NCBI GenBank assembly: GCA_965113315.1
Contig: OZ220372.1
Length of the DNA: 64,000 bases
Reading direction: 5' to 3' (one strand)
Source: Podarcis vaucheri
Taxonomy: Eukaryota
The translations under genes were made by a program, and so were the position numbers. Under the pieces are notes generated by a model. That model saw nothing but the letters and a program-made list of their open reading frames with translations, had not been told where the DNA came from and made no database searches. This document shows, in pieces, positions 21,986 to 34,881 of the stretch (positions are counted from its first letter, which is position 1; each line of letters opens with the position of its first letter).

Positions 21986-24900
21986 CTAAAAACAGAAGGT
22001 ACAAATAATCTCTTTACCAAAAGGTTGAAAAAGATGGAAAACTGCAAACCAAGGTTTAAGTAACCAGACACAAGAAAAGCAAACTCACAACAACATTCTA
22101 CATTTTATATAAAATGTGAGAACTGGATGTTTACATTTTTGTAACTTAAAATCTCCATGACTGAGCAAAGTCAGCATGTAAATTTATTCTTCCCAAACGA
22201 TTTTCCAAGTGCAGGAAGATACTAACATGGGAGACCTTCAAACAAACTAACTTGCAATGTAAGCTTGAATCATAGAAGACTTCTGAAAAAAATTATTTCA
22301 TTTTTGGATAATTCTGTCGTGAACCAGAGATCATGGTTCATGACAAACATATTATTTAAACAAGCTAGCTTTATAACCCATGGCATGAATGTAATGCCAA
22401 GCTAGGCTCTCTGGTTCACATGCAATACTAAGCCAGGATTCCATAAAAGTGAAACTAAACCCAGCAGAAGCCCTTTTCCTGGCTGCGGTGGGAAATGGAT
22501 GGGGCAGCATGTGAGGCAGATGCTTTTGCTTGGGCTCCTTCCAGCTCAACCCATGTACCACTAAACCACTGTTCAGCATTACATGCAAATATGACCAACA
22601 TTTGGCTTTGATTTTATAAAACAGAATTAACAAGGGTAAACCTTTCGTGCACATTTCAAGCTACATTTCATCTACACATCAGTGCTTTTTATGAACATAT
22701 ATTTGACAACACTGCTTCCTCATGAAACAAAATCTTGACACATCATTTTTTAAAAAGTTTTTTTTTATTACAAAAGGGAAAAAGGAGGTATAGATCATCT
22801 GTCTTAGTTTTCTGTGAAAGATTCCAAATATATAAGCAGGTATCTTATTATAATAACATTTTAAATGACTGTCTGAGTTCACTATTTATATGCCTTATTG
22901 CTCTTGGGCTGTTTAACCAGAATGGTCAGGAGTGGGAGTATGAGGAAGTAAAGAAAAACAGGAAATATTTCAGTGTTGTTGGGGAACTGGTGACCTTTAA
23001 CCTGAGAGACTGCCTCAGGTGTGCTCCATCATACAACAGCAGCAGCTTTGAATGGAGGATGAATGTCAGCTATGATATCACCAGGCAAATGACCAATCAG
23101 CTCCTTTCGCTGCCCTACTTGCATGTTTCATGCAGCCAACCTCAATTCCTCCACTGTACTTCCTGATTAAAGAAATAGAGTATATACAAGAAATGTACAA
23201 GAAATAGAGCAAAAAATGGAGCCATGCAGGCCTCCAACATGGCCCCAACGATGAGCTAAAACAGCCAGGACTTACCCCAGTGATCAGCCAAGGACCGCAG
23301 GGTCTTAGAAGGCTCCTTCCCTGCCCTCTCCACCAGACCCCTGGGTGCTTTTCAGTGACAGGCAGCAGTGCTGCTTTTGAACAGGAGCAAAGATCAGCTC
23401 TGATCTGTGATGGCCAATCTTCATTTAATATTCCCAAAATGTAACACTCTGGCCTGTAGAGCTATGAAATCCATTGATTTCATAGATCTGTACCTATACT
23501 TCAGTTAGGAAATCTATAGCTTTCATTGATAGGCAACATTGCATTTTGGGCAACTTAAGATGGGGGGGGGGGCTACCTGGGATGAAAGCCGATATTCGCT
23601 CCCATTCAAAAGTGCCACCACACATCCACAACTGAAGTGTGATGAGGGGCCCAACAATCGACTGACAGCCAGACCTTGTGAAGCCAGGGGCATGGGGCTT
23701 TTGCACTGTGGGCTTCACAAATACCAGGCTACCAGGACTCCAGCAAGTCCTGTTGATGAGGGACCTCTGTCCTGAAGACACTCTGCACAACCCTTCACAG
23801 GTGCCACCAATCAGCTGATTAGTGCTACCTGCAAAGCCCCTGTTGGATCAGCCACATGTTTATCCATCCCATGATAGGTCAAGTGGGTGTGGCTTGGCCC
23901 AAACCGTCTCATGGGCCAAAAAACCACAAAAACCCCACAAACAAATGGGGAGGCCTGGTGGGTCTAAAGAGGCCTGTGGGCTGGAGGTTCCCCACTGCAG
24001 TTGTAGCTCAAAATATATTTGGGGGGCAGGCAAGTTGGGGAAAGCTGGGCTAAAGCTTTCCAGGACTGAATAAGCAAAAGACCTGAGAGCCAGGTAAAGC
24101 TGAGGCAGTGAACAGAGGCAACAGTCCAGGCAGACAAAGACAGGGGCTATGGGGGGAAATGTATAGCAAAGCCAGCTTGGAAAAGTACCCAAACCACACA
24201 CTCTGCTACAAGCCCATCTTTAAGGCTTCATTTCTGTAAACATTCTCATCCTTTGATGGCCATCACTCTACTATTAAACATACCAGATGTAAAGGAGGAA
24301 AGAATACTCTGAATTTTTCTTTGCTTAACAGTGCACATTTCTAAAGTGCGAGAGAACAACCATCATTGATATAAAACTACCTCAGCAGAGTAAACATTTT
24401 TCTTTACACTCTTAACTGATTTATTGAGCAGAGCCAAAAGTATTGATTACAGAACATCTGAAAGGGCTACAGAGGAACCCAGTGGCAATGATGCAAAGAA
24501 CATCTTTTCATTCTTAGTGCAATCTTACACTGGCTGAACCACCACAAGGGATAAATGGGCCCATAGTATCCAGCAGAACAGCTCTTGGAAGGCAGAACGT
24601 GCAAATGGAGCCAGGCAGAGTTAAGTTCCACAGGGTGCCATCCCTTGTGTTTGCTTCTGGGAGAAGAACCCCCATCCAGCATATCAAAGTCCTCAATGCA
24701 GCATCCCTTGTGTGATACCATAAAGACAATATAAAGAGAGCCCTCTTATTATAAACAGTGCCTAGCACTACCACTCTAGATACTATCAGCTGCTGGTTGT
24801 AACTGAAAATGATAAGTATTTGAGAACTGCCTTAGGTTAGGGCATTGATGGGGAACTTATGGCACTACAGACACTGCTGAACTCCACCTTTGATCAGTTT

Positions 24901-25961
24901 CAACCAATTTCAACCAGACCAATGATCTGGGAACAATAGAAGTTGTAGTCCAGGAACAACTGGTGAGCCATAGACTTCAGATTTCTGAAGTAGCAGGCTG
25001 GTGCTGACAAAGCCCCTGAAGCTAAATGGACCCATATTGATACCACCAGATTAAAATGGCTATGCTTAAGTGTGCAGGATAAAACATAATACAAACAAAT
25101 GCAGGCAGTTTGCCTGACTGGCAGCATATATGCAAGCTGCCTCACCATTTTCAGTGCTCATTTCAAGTTCTGTCTTACAAGTCAAAAGCAACAGCTAATG
25201 TCAGATTAATAACTAGGCTAAATATGATGTGGAGTGGGACCCCAGTTAGATTTGGACTCACACACAAGTATAGTTGCCATGAGATTGTGTTCAATCAGCA
25301 CACACCCTAGTTCCTAATTTTTTTATCTGCCTTTCTGAACAAGGAGAGCAGTAGCCACAACCCCTGCTATACAAACCAAACTTGGCTTGCTTGTCCCACC
25401 TGCATGGCAAGGGATGGGTGCCTAACTCCATAGCTGTTTGTAGGAATGGCCCCAGACAGAGGAAGACATACAGGTCAAAGAATGTGAACCAGCAAACCTC
25501 CCTCTACCTTTCCATTCCACGCAGAGCTATCATAGCCAGCAACATGTTTGGCTAGGGTATCTTGTTTATTTTTTTATTTATCAAAATGTATGCACCACTC
25601 AATCAAAAGAAACATTTTAAGCTGTTAACATAAAATATTGCAGCAACATCACCGCTGCATCCCAATGCACTAAGAATGTTGTAGGTGAAATAATTAATTT
25701 GTAGTTGGAAATTTCAAAGAAATGGGGGCCAGATAATACAACTCTTAAAAATGCATGGCGTGCTTCCCAATAGCTACATTTAAAACCAATATTTTATTTC
25801 ATTGACCCTCTTGACCCTCAATAGCATCTTACCATCCCTATCTTTATGATTATTATTATATTTAATAATTTCATTTCTCAAAAAAGAAGATAATCATACG
25901 CAGTTGCATAATGAGCTTTCTTCAATGCTGATCTGTAAGCACCACATCAAAAAGGTTCAGT

Positions 25962-26954
25962 TAATTTCAAGTTTCAAACTATATTATGAAGCATCATGTC
26001 TTTATTGGTTGAAAGAGTGGATAAAATTAGAAAACACAGAATTGTTAGATTTGGAAGGGTTCGATAACAGATTTGGATGGCACGCCTATTTATGGTGTGA
26101 GAAGAAGAAAAACCATAAAGGTTTTGAGAACCACATCTTCCGGAGATCTTTAATTGAAATATGGGATAGGTATAAAAACCTATTAGAACCAAGAGTCCCA
26201 CACTGGTTATCTCCGTTAGAGGTTAAAGTGTAAAGTGTAAAGAAAATCAATATGAGAGGGAATTGGATTACATATGGTGAGTTGATAGCAAAAGAAGGAG
26301 GAAAATGGAAAATGAAACCTTATGAACAAGTAAAAAAGTATGTATATGATTGGTTGCATTATTTTCAAGTAAATGAAATGTTTAAAAAGGATTTTAGAGA
26401 GAATGGATATGTTGAAAAAGATTCAAAATTTCAAATAGAAATAATAAATAATGATTGTAAAATTTTATCAAAAATGTACAAAATGTTGTTGGAATGGCAT
26501 ACAAAGGATGAGGAAGTCAAGTCGGTTATGATACATTGGCCCAAAGATGGAAAAAGGAGGAATTACAAACCCTGGAAGAATGGAGAATGAAAATGATAGA
26601 CTATGCAGAATTGGATAAACTAACTGGGAAGATTAGATATCAACGAGACCATAAGTTCATCGAGGACTGGGGAAAATTTGTAGAGTATCTGAAAAATATA
26701 TGTGATGAGCAAACAACGCTCGTGGGATTTCAAGAAGCTCTGTGAAAGTTTGAGGAGTATTGTAAAAAAGAAAATAAGATTGGGAAGGTATATAAAAAGG
26801 CAGTATTAAATTTAGGAAATGCGTAACTAAAAATTAATTACGGATGATTGGCAGATAAGCTGAAGGAAGTCCATAAGAGATAATTTGTGATAAACTTTTG
26901 ATATGGTATTATATGTATATTGTATTGAAAACTAATAAAAATTATTTTTTTAAA
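25962..26954 (+). mobile_element. L1-clade LINE 3' fragment with internal deletion
   Basis: FKLYYEASCLYWLKEWIKLEN...GWHAYLW is homologous to the L1 at 1-1330. AATAAA at 26934, A-tail, and TSD AAAAAGGTTCAGT (25949-25961 / 26955-26967). Confidence 0.9.
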
Positions 26955-27601
26955 AAAAAGGTTCAGTCAAGACCGAGGCCCAGTGAAAACAAGCATCTTG
27001 TTGTGCAGTAAAATATACACTGAACTATTTTAAACTGTAGGTTGGAAACACCATGTCTGAATGATTCCCCCCATTTAAAAAAAAAGCATCCTGGCATGGG
27101 TCGTCACATATTACATTAAATAAGTGTAGAATCTTTGTACTTGTGTATACCAACAATTGAGCTGTACATTTGTAACATTTTTCACATGTAACATTCAATG
27201 AATGTGCAGTCCATGTACTCATGTACACAATAGTTGAGATGTACAAATCAGCAAGTGTACAGTCTTTCACACAAGCCCTTGCACATGCCTTGTACTACCA
27301 GTTTGGAGATGTGTTCAGTGTTAAGGAGGGAACAAGTCTTAAATGTCAGTAGTGATACGTGTGCAAATCTTTATTCCTCAACCTACAATCTGAAATGATG
27401 TAGTCCCGGAACAGTTTGACCATGCAAAAGGTTGTTGATTCTGATCAGATATCAGGAACACATAGCCAAGGCAGGCTTGCAGATGAGCTTGAGAAATTTG
27501 TAAAGATCACCAATGTTTTTAGCAACTCCCAAAACGTGATACAGCATAACCACTAGATTATATTATAAAAGCACATTTTTTAAAAAGAAAGAGAACAATA
27601 C

Positions 27602-27827
27602 CTTTTATTGCACCCACAATATTTTGGTCTAGTCCTTTTCGGTTGTCATTGAGACCTCTTTTCCTCTTGCCATTGGGTAAAGAGTTGGCCAAGGTCTTGT
27701 CATCAAAAAATGCACACACCAGCTTTCGAAACAGCAGACTTCCTGAACGAGTGTAATTTGCTAATATAGAGTCCAGTTGTGATTTCGGCATAAAGACGTC
27801 AAAGCCTTCAGCAAGTTGCACTTCTGG
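27602..27827 (-). CDS. BEND7: BEND7 exon, N-terminal part of the BEN domain
   Basis: PEVQLAEGFDVFMPKSQLDSILANYTRSGSLLFRKLVCAFFDDKTLANSLPNGKRKRGLNDNRKGLDQNIVGAIK. AG/GT boundaries, phase 0 to 1, 226 bp. Confidence 0.96.
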
Positions 27828-28051
27828 CTACCAAAAGAATATCAATGCTTTATTAGTACCTCTTTCATAACTATTTTGTCAACAAATGACATCCAAGGAA
27901 AACATGTTCACATCAACACACATACTAGACTTTTATGACACCAGAATAGACACTGAAATAAAATAGACATTGAAATCAAAATTATCAACTGAGTATAACA
28001 AAATGCACATCAAAACCTGCTCTGTCCATTATCTTTACGAAATTATAATTA

Positions 28052-28413
28052 CAGTGGTACCTCGCAAGACGAATGCCTCGCAAGACAAAAAACTCGCCAG
28101 ACGAAAGGGTTTTTTGTTTTTTGAGCTGCTTCGCAAGACGATTTTCCCTATGGGCTTGCTTCGCAAGATGAAAAACGAAAACGTCTTGCAAGTTTGTTTC
28201 CTTTTTCTTAACACCGTTAATACAGTTGCGACTTGACTTCGAGGAGCAACTCATAGAACGCGGTGTGGTAGCCTTTTTTGAGGTTTTTGAAGACTTTGGT
28301 GATTTTTGAAGCTTTTCCAAAACTTTCCCGACACCGTGCTTCGCAAGACGAAAAAAATTGCAAGACGACAAAACTCGCGGAACGAATTAATTTCGTCTTG
28401 CGAGGCACCACTG
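28052..28413 (+). mobile_element. Tigger/pogo-type MITE (family 3)
   Basis: TA|CAGTGGTACCTCGCAAGACGAA...TTCGTCTTGCGAGGCACCACTG|TA with repeated CGCAAGACG motifs. Inverted sibling at 47658. Confidence 0.88.
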
Positions 28414-29022
28414 TACTAGAACAGGGGGAAATCCCAAGGAGCTAGTTACCTGGATGTTAATTAATTTAATGCTGGCAACTGCAATTATGAAATATTTATT
28501 CAGTACAGCAGCAGCTTTGAATAACTGGATACTGCCCATTAGGAATTTGAACTAAAATTACTATGGCTACAATCCTGCACTCACTGTTAAATGTTTAATC
28601 CCACCATAATAAACTGTTGTGATCACATTACTTGAAATCTAAGCAAGTAATATAAGGAAACAAAAGTCAGAGTATAAGAACAAAAATATTTATTTGTTGC
28701 TCAACACCCATTTTGTCCAAAAGCTGCATGCCACTTGCCTCTGGGAACTTCAAGAGCAGGACATGAAGGTTTCATTTAAATATTATAACTAACAGTCATT
28801 GATCAACTTATCCTCCGTTTATTTGGTGAATCCCCCTTCAAAGCTATTTCAGCTTGTGCCTTTCATCACACCTTATGTCATATATATTGATGACATGTTG
28901 CATGAAAAAGCCCTTCTATTTATCTTTGACTCCCAACTGTAAATTCAGCTTAAGAACTTGCAATAACTGGCACTAGGGCAAGATCTGATTCTGGAATCAG
29001 TTTTTATCAGTGAACACAAGTA

Positions 29023-29267
29023 TCGTATTTTTTGCTCTACAAGACTCACTTTTTCCCTCCTAAAAAGTAAGGGGAAATGTGTGTGCATCTTATGGAGCGA
29101 ATGCAGGCTGTGCAGCTATCCCAGAAGCCAGAACAGCAAGAGGCTGCGCAGCGATCCCTCTTGCTGTTCTGGCTTCTGAGATTCAGAATATTTTTTTTCT
29201 TGTTTTCCTCCTCCAAAAACTAGGTGCGTCTTATGGTCTGGTGCGTCTTATAGAGCGAAAAATACAG
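29023..29267 (+). mobile_element. Tc1/mariner-pogo MITE related to family 2, with central hairpin
   Basis: TA TSD, GTGCGTCTTATAGAGCGAAAAATACAG end, and an internal inverted repeat CAGAAGCCAGAACAGCAAGAGG / CCTCTTGCTGTTCTGGCTTCTG. Confidence 0.8.
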
Positions 29268-31677
29268 TAGATTGTTTTACAAAGTGGCATTCTAATTTAA
29301 TAATTTAGGAATAGCAGTTTTTAAAATTACCCACAGCAGCTTACGAGAACTTCTTGAATTGCCACCTTTCAGAGTAAGACAAAATGATTCTACTTATTCT
29401 ACTCTGCATTGTACAACTTTACAGTGCAACATTTTTCATCCGCTGCTAGTTAATAGTCAAGCTTTGGTGACCTTATGGAGATTTTCAAAGTGCAGAAAAG
29501 GTGGACAAGTTTAAGCAAGCAAGTAGATATTAGCACATACTAATCAGATTGCAACCGGAAGTTCTCAAAGTGAGAATGACAGGTGCTTGGCACCATATAT
29601 AGAACTTTGATTAGAAACAATGTCCTGTGAGTTAAGTTGATCTCATCAGCATCCCTTTTGTCAAGGAAATCATGATAGGGCTTTTTCTTTGTTTTATTAT
29701 CACAATAGTGTTGTTATTGTTTTAAAAAAATAAGCTTAGAAAGTGATAACCTAAGTTCTAAAAAAGCCTGTGAATCAGTATGAAGTATGGGCATGCAAAG
29801 TACTGGGGAAATGATTTTTTAAGAAAAACTGAATAAAAGATGTGAATTGCCTCCTGCCGTGTCCCTTTCTGCTCATGGAAAGGCTTGTGATCCAGCAGAG
29901 GCATCCACAAATGGAGGACAAAAGGTTACTTTAACTGATATTCCCTTCCCTCTGCATCTCTTTGCACATCCCACCCCACAAGACTGCTCCAGAGGCTTAG
30001 GGGGACCTGTGGAAACAGCACGAAGTGGCAAGGAGGTTGGTACGAGAAAGGGGAATTTGCTGGAGCAAAAAGGCTTCCATGAGCAGAGGGACATACTGTA
30101 ATGGAATACAACCCATGATGTTTATTTCTAGAATCCTCACTATAATACCCAAGTGACATTTCTTTTCCTAAAATTAAGTTTAAAAAGAAACAAATCTAGC
30201 AAAGTTAGTATACTGAGGCTACAGAAAACCCACACCATATCTTTAAACAAATGAATGACATTTTTCAGATTTTGCTTATTTTTGGAATGCAGAACAATGG
30301 GCTCAAAATCTATTGGTATATATCAATTCCCATTCTCTCACACAGCTGCAAATCCTGCATTATTAATCAAACTTTTTTTCAACAACAATGTCTTTACAAT
30401 TTAGTGTGGTCTGCTCACTATTCCTACTTATGGCCCCAAACCCTACATAATTTATTGGTGTATATCTTAAGTAAAAGCCGAATTCCTGCTCAAACCCACA
30501 TCAAACCCAACTTTGGAAAGGCAACATAAGGGCTGAGGTGTGTGTGTCAAATGTTGCTGATGACTACCCTGCTTTAAGCCAAGGACATAATTATTCCCAT
30601 CTTATTTGGATATAACTATAAGAACTGTTCCCTTCAGGGTTCTGCTTCCACTCTTTTTCCACTTGTATTCCTGCTTCTCTGTCTCCAGCCAACCAGTTAC
30701 TGGACTCCCAGTGCCTTAACTCTCCTAGCAGCAGGTGTCTTTCCATAGCCCCCTGGTTCCCTCTGGTTAAACCCGGTCAACTGCATACAATTTCTCCTCG
30801 ACCAAGGTCTTGCGGGAGCTTTCTGTCCCAGCCATACTGACCTTTCCTTGTCTTCACAGGCAGTCTCCTGCCCTCATTTAGTAGTTAGGGGACTTGCAAG
30901 CAACAGACACAAACCGGTTTTTAGCTTATTATGTGCAACCATTTTAAGGCAATGATTCTGCCGCGCCACAGTGGAGCTCTTCCAGTACGAGCTGTGCTTT
31001 CCCCCTTTTATAGCCAGCAATGAAAACATTGCACTTGTGCAAATAACGCCCCTGTTAGCTCTCACATATTCTCCTGACATAACTCTAAATGATTTCTCCC
31101 TGTAAAAGCCAAATATTTCAATAATCTCAGCCAATTTATCAGTAGCCAATTTAACCAACTGAGGGGGAATGATTTTTTGTACATTTGAGAATTTGGTTGG
31201 AAACAAAAGGAGTTATTTCAATATCCAGCCAGCCATATTTTTAGACCTTTGAGTGGGCGACAGCAGTTTAACACAAGCAGACTAAAATACAATTTAGCAA
31301 GCTGGAATAATCTTGTGTGGTATACTTAGATAATAATAATGTTTTTTAGAAAAGGATGATGCAATTACTAAGATCCAGCATGGGTTTCTCAAAAATAAGT
31401 CATGCCAGACAAATCTCATTTCTTTTTTTCTTTTTTTGGAATTACAAGCTTGGTGGATCAGAGAAATGCTGTGGAAATAGTTATCTTGATTTCAGTAAGG
31501 CTTTTGACAAAGTTCCCCATTATATTCTTGCAAGGAAGCTGGTAAACTGTGGGTTGAATGAGGTAACTGTTAGGTGGATGTGTAGCTGATTGACGGACGG
31601 AACCTTGTCATCCTGGAAAAAAGGGACAAGTGGGGTGCTGCAGGGTTCAACGTCTTTATAAACAACTTGGATGAAGG

Positions 31678-31806
31678 TAGCCGTGTTGGTCTGCCATAGT
31701 CAAAATAAAAAATTCCTTCCAGTAGCACCTTAAAGACCAACTAAGTTAGTTCCAAGAACTAACTTAGTTGGTCTTTAAGGTGCTACTGGAAGGAATTTTT
31801 TATTTT
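31678..31806. mobile_element. Penelope pseudo-LTR fold-back mini-insertion within CR1
   Basis: 14-bp TSD AACTTGGATGAAGG. Perfect 51-bp inverted repeat 31702-31752 / 31756-31806 with a 3-nt loop. Confidence 0.85.
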
Positions 31807-32387
31807 AACTTGGATGAAGGAATTGAGGGGACGCTCATCAAATTTGCAGATGACACCAAACTGGGAGGGGTAGCTAATGCTGCAAAAGAAAAAATCAGGA
31901 TTCAAGATGACCTTAACAGAATGAATTTCAGTAGGGACAAACATACGGTTCTGCACTTAGGCAGGATGAACCAGATGCACAAATATAGGATGGGGGGACT
32001 TACTAGCAGTACATGTGAAAAGGATCTAGGCGCCTTAGTGGACCACAAGTTGAACATGAGTCCACAGTGTGATGCAGCAGCAGCAGCAGCAGCAGCAAAA
32101 AAAAAAAAAAAAAAGAGCTAATGCTATTCTAGGCTGCCTCAGCAGAAGTCTTGTGTCCAGGTCAAGGGAAGTAATAATACCACTCTATTCTGGCTTGGTC
32201 AGACCACACCTGGAATACTGTGTCCAATTCTGAGCACCACAATTTAAGAAAGATGTTGACAAGCTGGAAGGTGTGCAGAGGAGGGAGACCGAGATGGTCA
32301 AGGGTCTGGAAACGAAGCCTTATGAGGAACAATGGAAGGAAATGGGTATGCTTAGTCTGGAAAAGAGAACACCAATTGAAATATGAT

Positions 32388-32508
32388 AAAGGAAGGTAAA
32401 GGGACCCCTGACCATTACGTCCAGTCGTGACCGACTCTGGGGTTGCGCGCTCATCTCGCTCTATAGGCCGAGGGAGCCGGCGTTTGTCTGAAGACAGCTT
32501 CTGGGTCA
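32388..32508 (-). mobile_element. 5'-truncated Sauria SINE nested in CR1
   Basis: Reverse complement of the Sauria 3' end (AAAGGTAAAGGGACCCCTGACCATT...CTCTGGGGTTGCGCGCTCATCTC). ATGATA occurs on both sides. Confidence 0.85.
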
Positions 32509-33859
32509 TGATAGCCACCTTCAAATATTTCAAGGGCTGTCACATGGAAGAGGGAACAAGCTGTTTTTCTCCTGCTCTGGAGGGTACGACACAAACCAAT
32601 AGCTTCAAGTTACAAGGAAGGAGATCCTGACTAAACATCAGGAAGAACTTTCTGGCAGTAAGAGCTGTTCAACAGTGAAACTGTCTCCCCTGGGAGGTTG
32701 TGGACTCTCCTTCCTTGGAGGCTTTTAAGCAGAGGTTGGATGGCCAGGTGTCTTGGGGGCTTTAGCTGAGATTCCTGAATTGCACAGGGTTACACTAGAT
32801 GACCCTTGGGGGTCCCTTTCAATTCTACAAGTCTATACCTAGGTTATCTATTCCGATTGCATTTCATATCCTCAGATGAACTTCATTTTTCAAAATAAAA
32901 AATTCCACACTAAAAAAACCAACTGCCACACGGCAGAGTGCCCTTGGTCACACAAAGTTGAAAAAAAATATGCTCTTGTCCTCAGAGCAGCTGTCTCCAC
33001 ACATTGTTTCCAGCACTTAATAATAAAGGTAGAGAGATATCTTGAAATGTGTGCCACATTTTGTTTGGATTACAGCTTCACGGCTGATTTGCATGAGTTC
33101 CCTTGAGAAATCTTTCCTTTCAAATTGATTGATATTAGCTGTGCATTAACAACAAGAGATGCTCATTGCAAGTTTCCAGTGACCAGGCTATTACACAAGA
33201 ACCACAATAATCATGGAAAAAGCATGACCCTGGATCTACCTATTAGAAAACCAATATCCCTGTACTGCAAAAGGTAGAAATATGTTTAACAGGGACTCTT
33301 CACAGGCAATCCCTAGTCTCAATTAGAGATGCAATTAATGTGTTTTGTACATTTGTGTGTGTGTGTGTTTTATAAATGAATCAGTCTGTACCCTAGTCAC
33401 ATATTTTGAGGGGGGGGGGGAATGCTGATTTATTCCAGATTCCTTCAGTAGCAAATTATCCTTCAATTGCACGCAATCAGTACCCAATTGAGCTTCACAT
33501 GGACATTTCCAAGTATGATTTATAGCCAAATAGAGTTTGTTAACATAAGATAATCAAGGCAATGGTGTACATGATTAAACACAAATGAAAGAATTGCCAA
33601 AACTTTTGTTTAGCTAAAATTAGCAAGCAGCAAATTAGATTTAGTCCAAGCATTTCTGAATATTTTAATTGATTAAAACAGAACTCCTTTGCCAAATCTA
33701 TACAAATTATTTGCTTTGCATGGAAAACAAATAGAACGTTTACTTAGAAGTAGGGCACTCAGTTGCTTTAGTCACAAAGGTAGATAGCATTTTTCGGCAA
33801 TCCTATGCCCAGTTCCCAGTGACCTGAGAATAATATCCACTGAACATACTGGGGCTTAC

Positions 33860-34736
33860 CAGTGACGTAGTGCAGGTTGCCAGCAACCAGGGCAGGCTAA
33901 GTATTGTGTACCCTAAAAAGCAGTGGTAGTGGTGTCAGACACCTGCCAGCCCCGGAGGCAGCTCCTGGGTTTGTCTCATGCCTCTGTCCAAAGACCATAC
34001 CAGGATGGGCTTCTGAAAGCCTGGAGGATGGCCAGAGCCTTGCCCTTCGCTTTGCCCAGAAAAGCAGAGAGATCTCCGGATGAGGGGAAAGGCTGCTGCG
34101 CCCTCCACTTCGGAGGTCAAAACTCCCTCCAGCAGTGCTTGTGGGAAGGTGGCCACCAGGTGCCACCTTGTTCCCAAGCTGGGGTGCCTGCCAAGGCCAC
34201 TTGGCTGAGAGCCCCGGTCTAAGGAGGTCACTCCCCAAAATGGAACAGGCATGCCCGGCCCTCCCCTGCTGCCACCAGCTCTCCTCTCCTCCCTGCCCCC
34301 CCCCAGAAGCACCTTCACCTGCAGCCTCTTGAAGTTCTTGCTGGCCAGCTCCTTGAGGGCACAGAGCAACGAGGCAGGAGCAAGCATGGTGTTATCATCT
34401 CAGTTCACCAGCCCCTCTGAGCTGCCCCCACCAGCTTTGAGCGTGGAAGCTCCTCTCCTCTCCCTGCCCCTATTGCCCGCTGGATCTGGGCTTAGGAGGA
34501 GAGCGCTGCCACACGAGGCGCCTCACGGCCATCCTCCTGCCTGGCTTCCCTCGGCACGACTTAGGGCGGGGTGTTCCGTTGGGTCTTCCTTGCCTCTGGC
34601 CACCAGTGAGCCCAGTTCAGTCGTAGCCAAGCCTACCAGGCACTCCAGCCTTAAAGGAGGGCCACCAATTTCCTGGGAAATTTTTACACACATGCCCAAC
34701 TGCACCCAGGGCCACCGCCCACTTGCCTCCTCCCTG
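33860..34736. mobile_element. Older, degraded hAT-like element with GC-rich cargo
   Basis: CAGTGACGTAG start and CCCTG end. 8-bp flanks GGGCTTAC / GGGATTAC match 7 of 8. It interrupts an older repeat that reads GGGGCTTAC|TTCTG across the site. Confidence 0.5.
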
Positions 34737-34881
34737 GGGATTACTTCTGCACAGGTTGTTCCAGTAATTAATTAGAGTAAATCTAACATGTAATTCATGT
34801 TGTATAAACCTCCATTGAAAGAATCCAAAACCAGTATTGGGGTAAAATGTACACCAAGACAGCCAAACAACCTAGTTATGG

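Larger units (their letters stand above)
31335..32835 (+). mobile_element. Degraded CR1 LINE (RT domain to 3' end) with two nested insertions
   Basis: [44 protein letters not shown], and a CR1 3' UTR. Confidence 0.9.

Noticed and set aside
27970-28411. ORFs recurring here and at 47357-48103 as a duplicated gene
   Set aside because: They are translations of the same non-coding MITE in opposite orientations.
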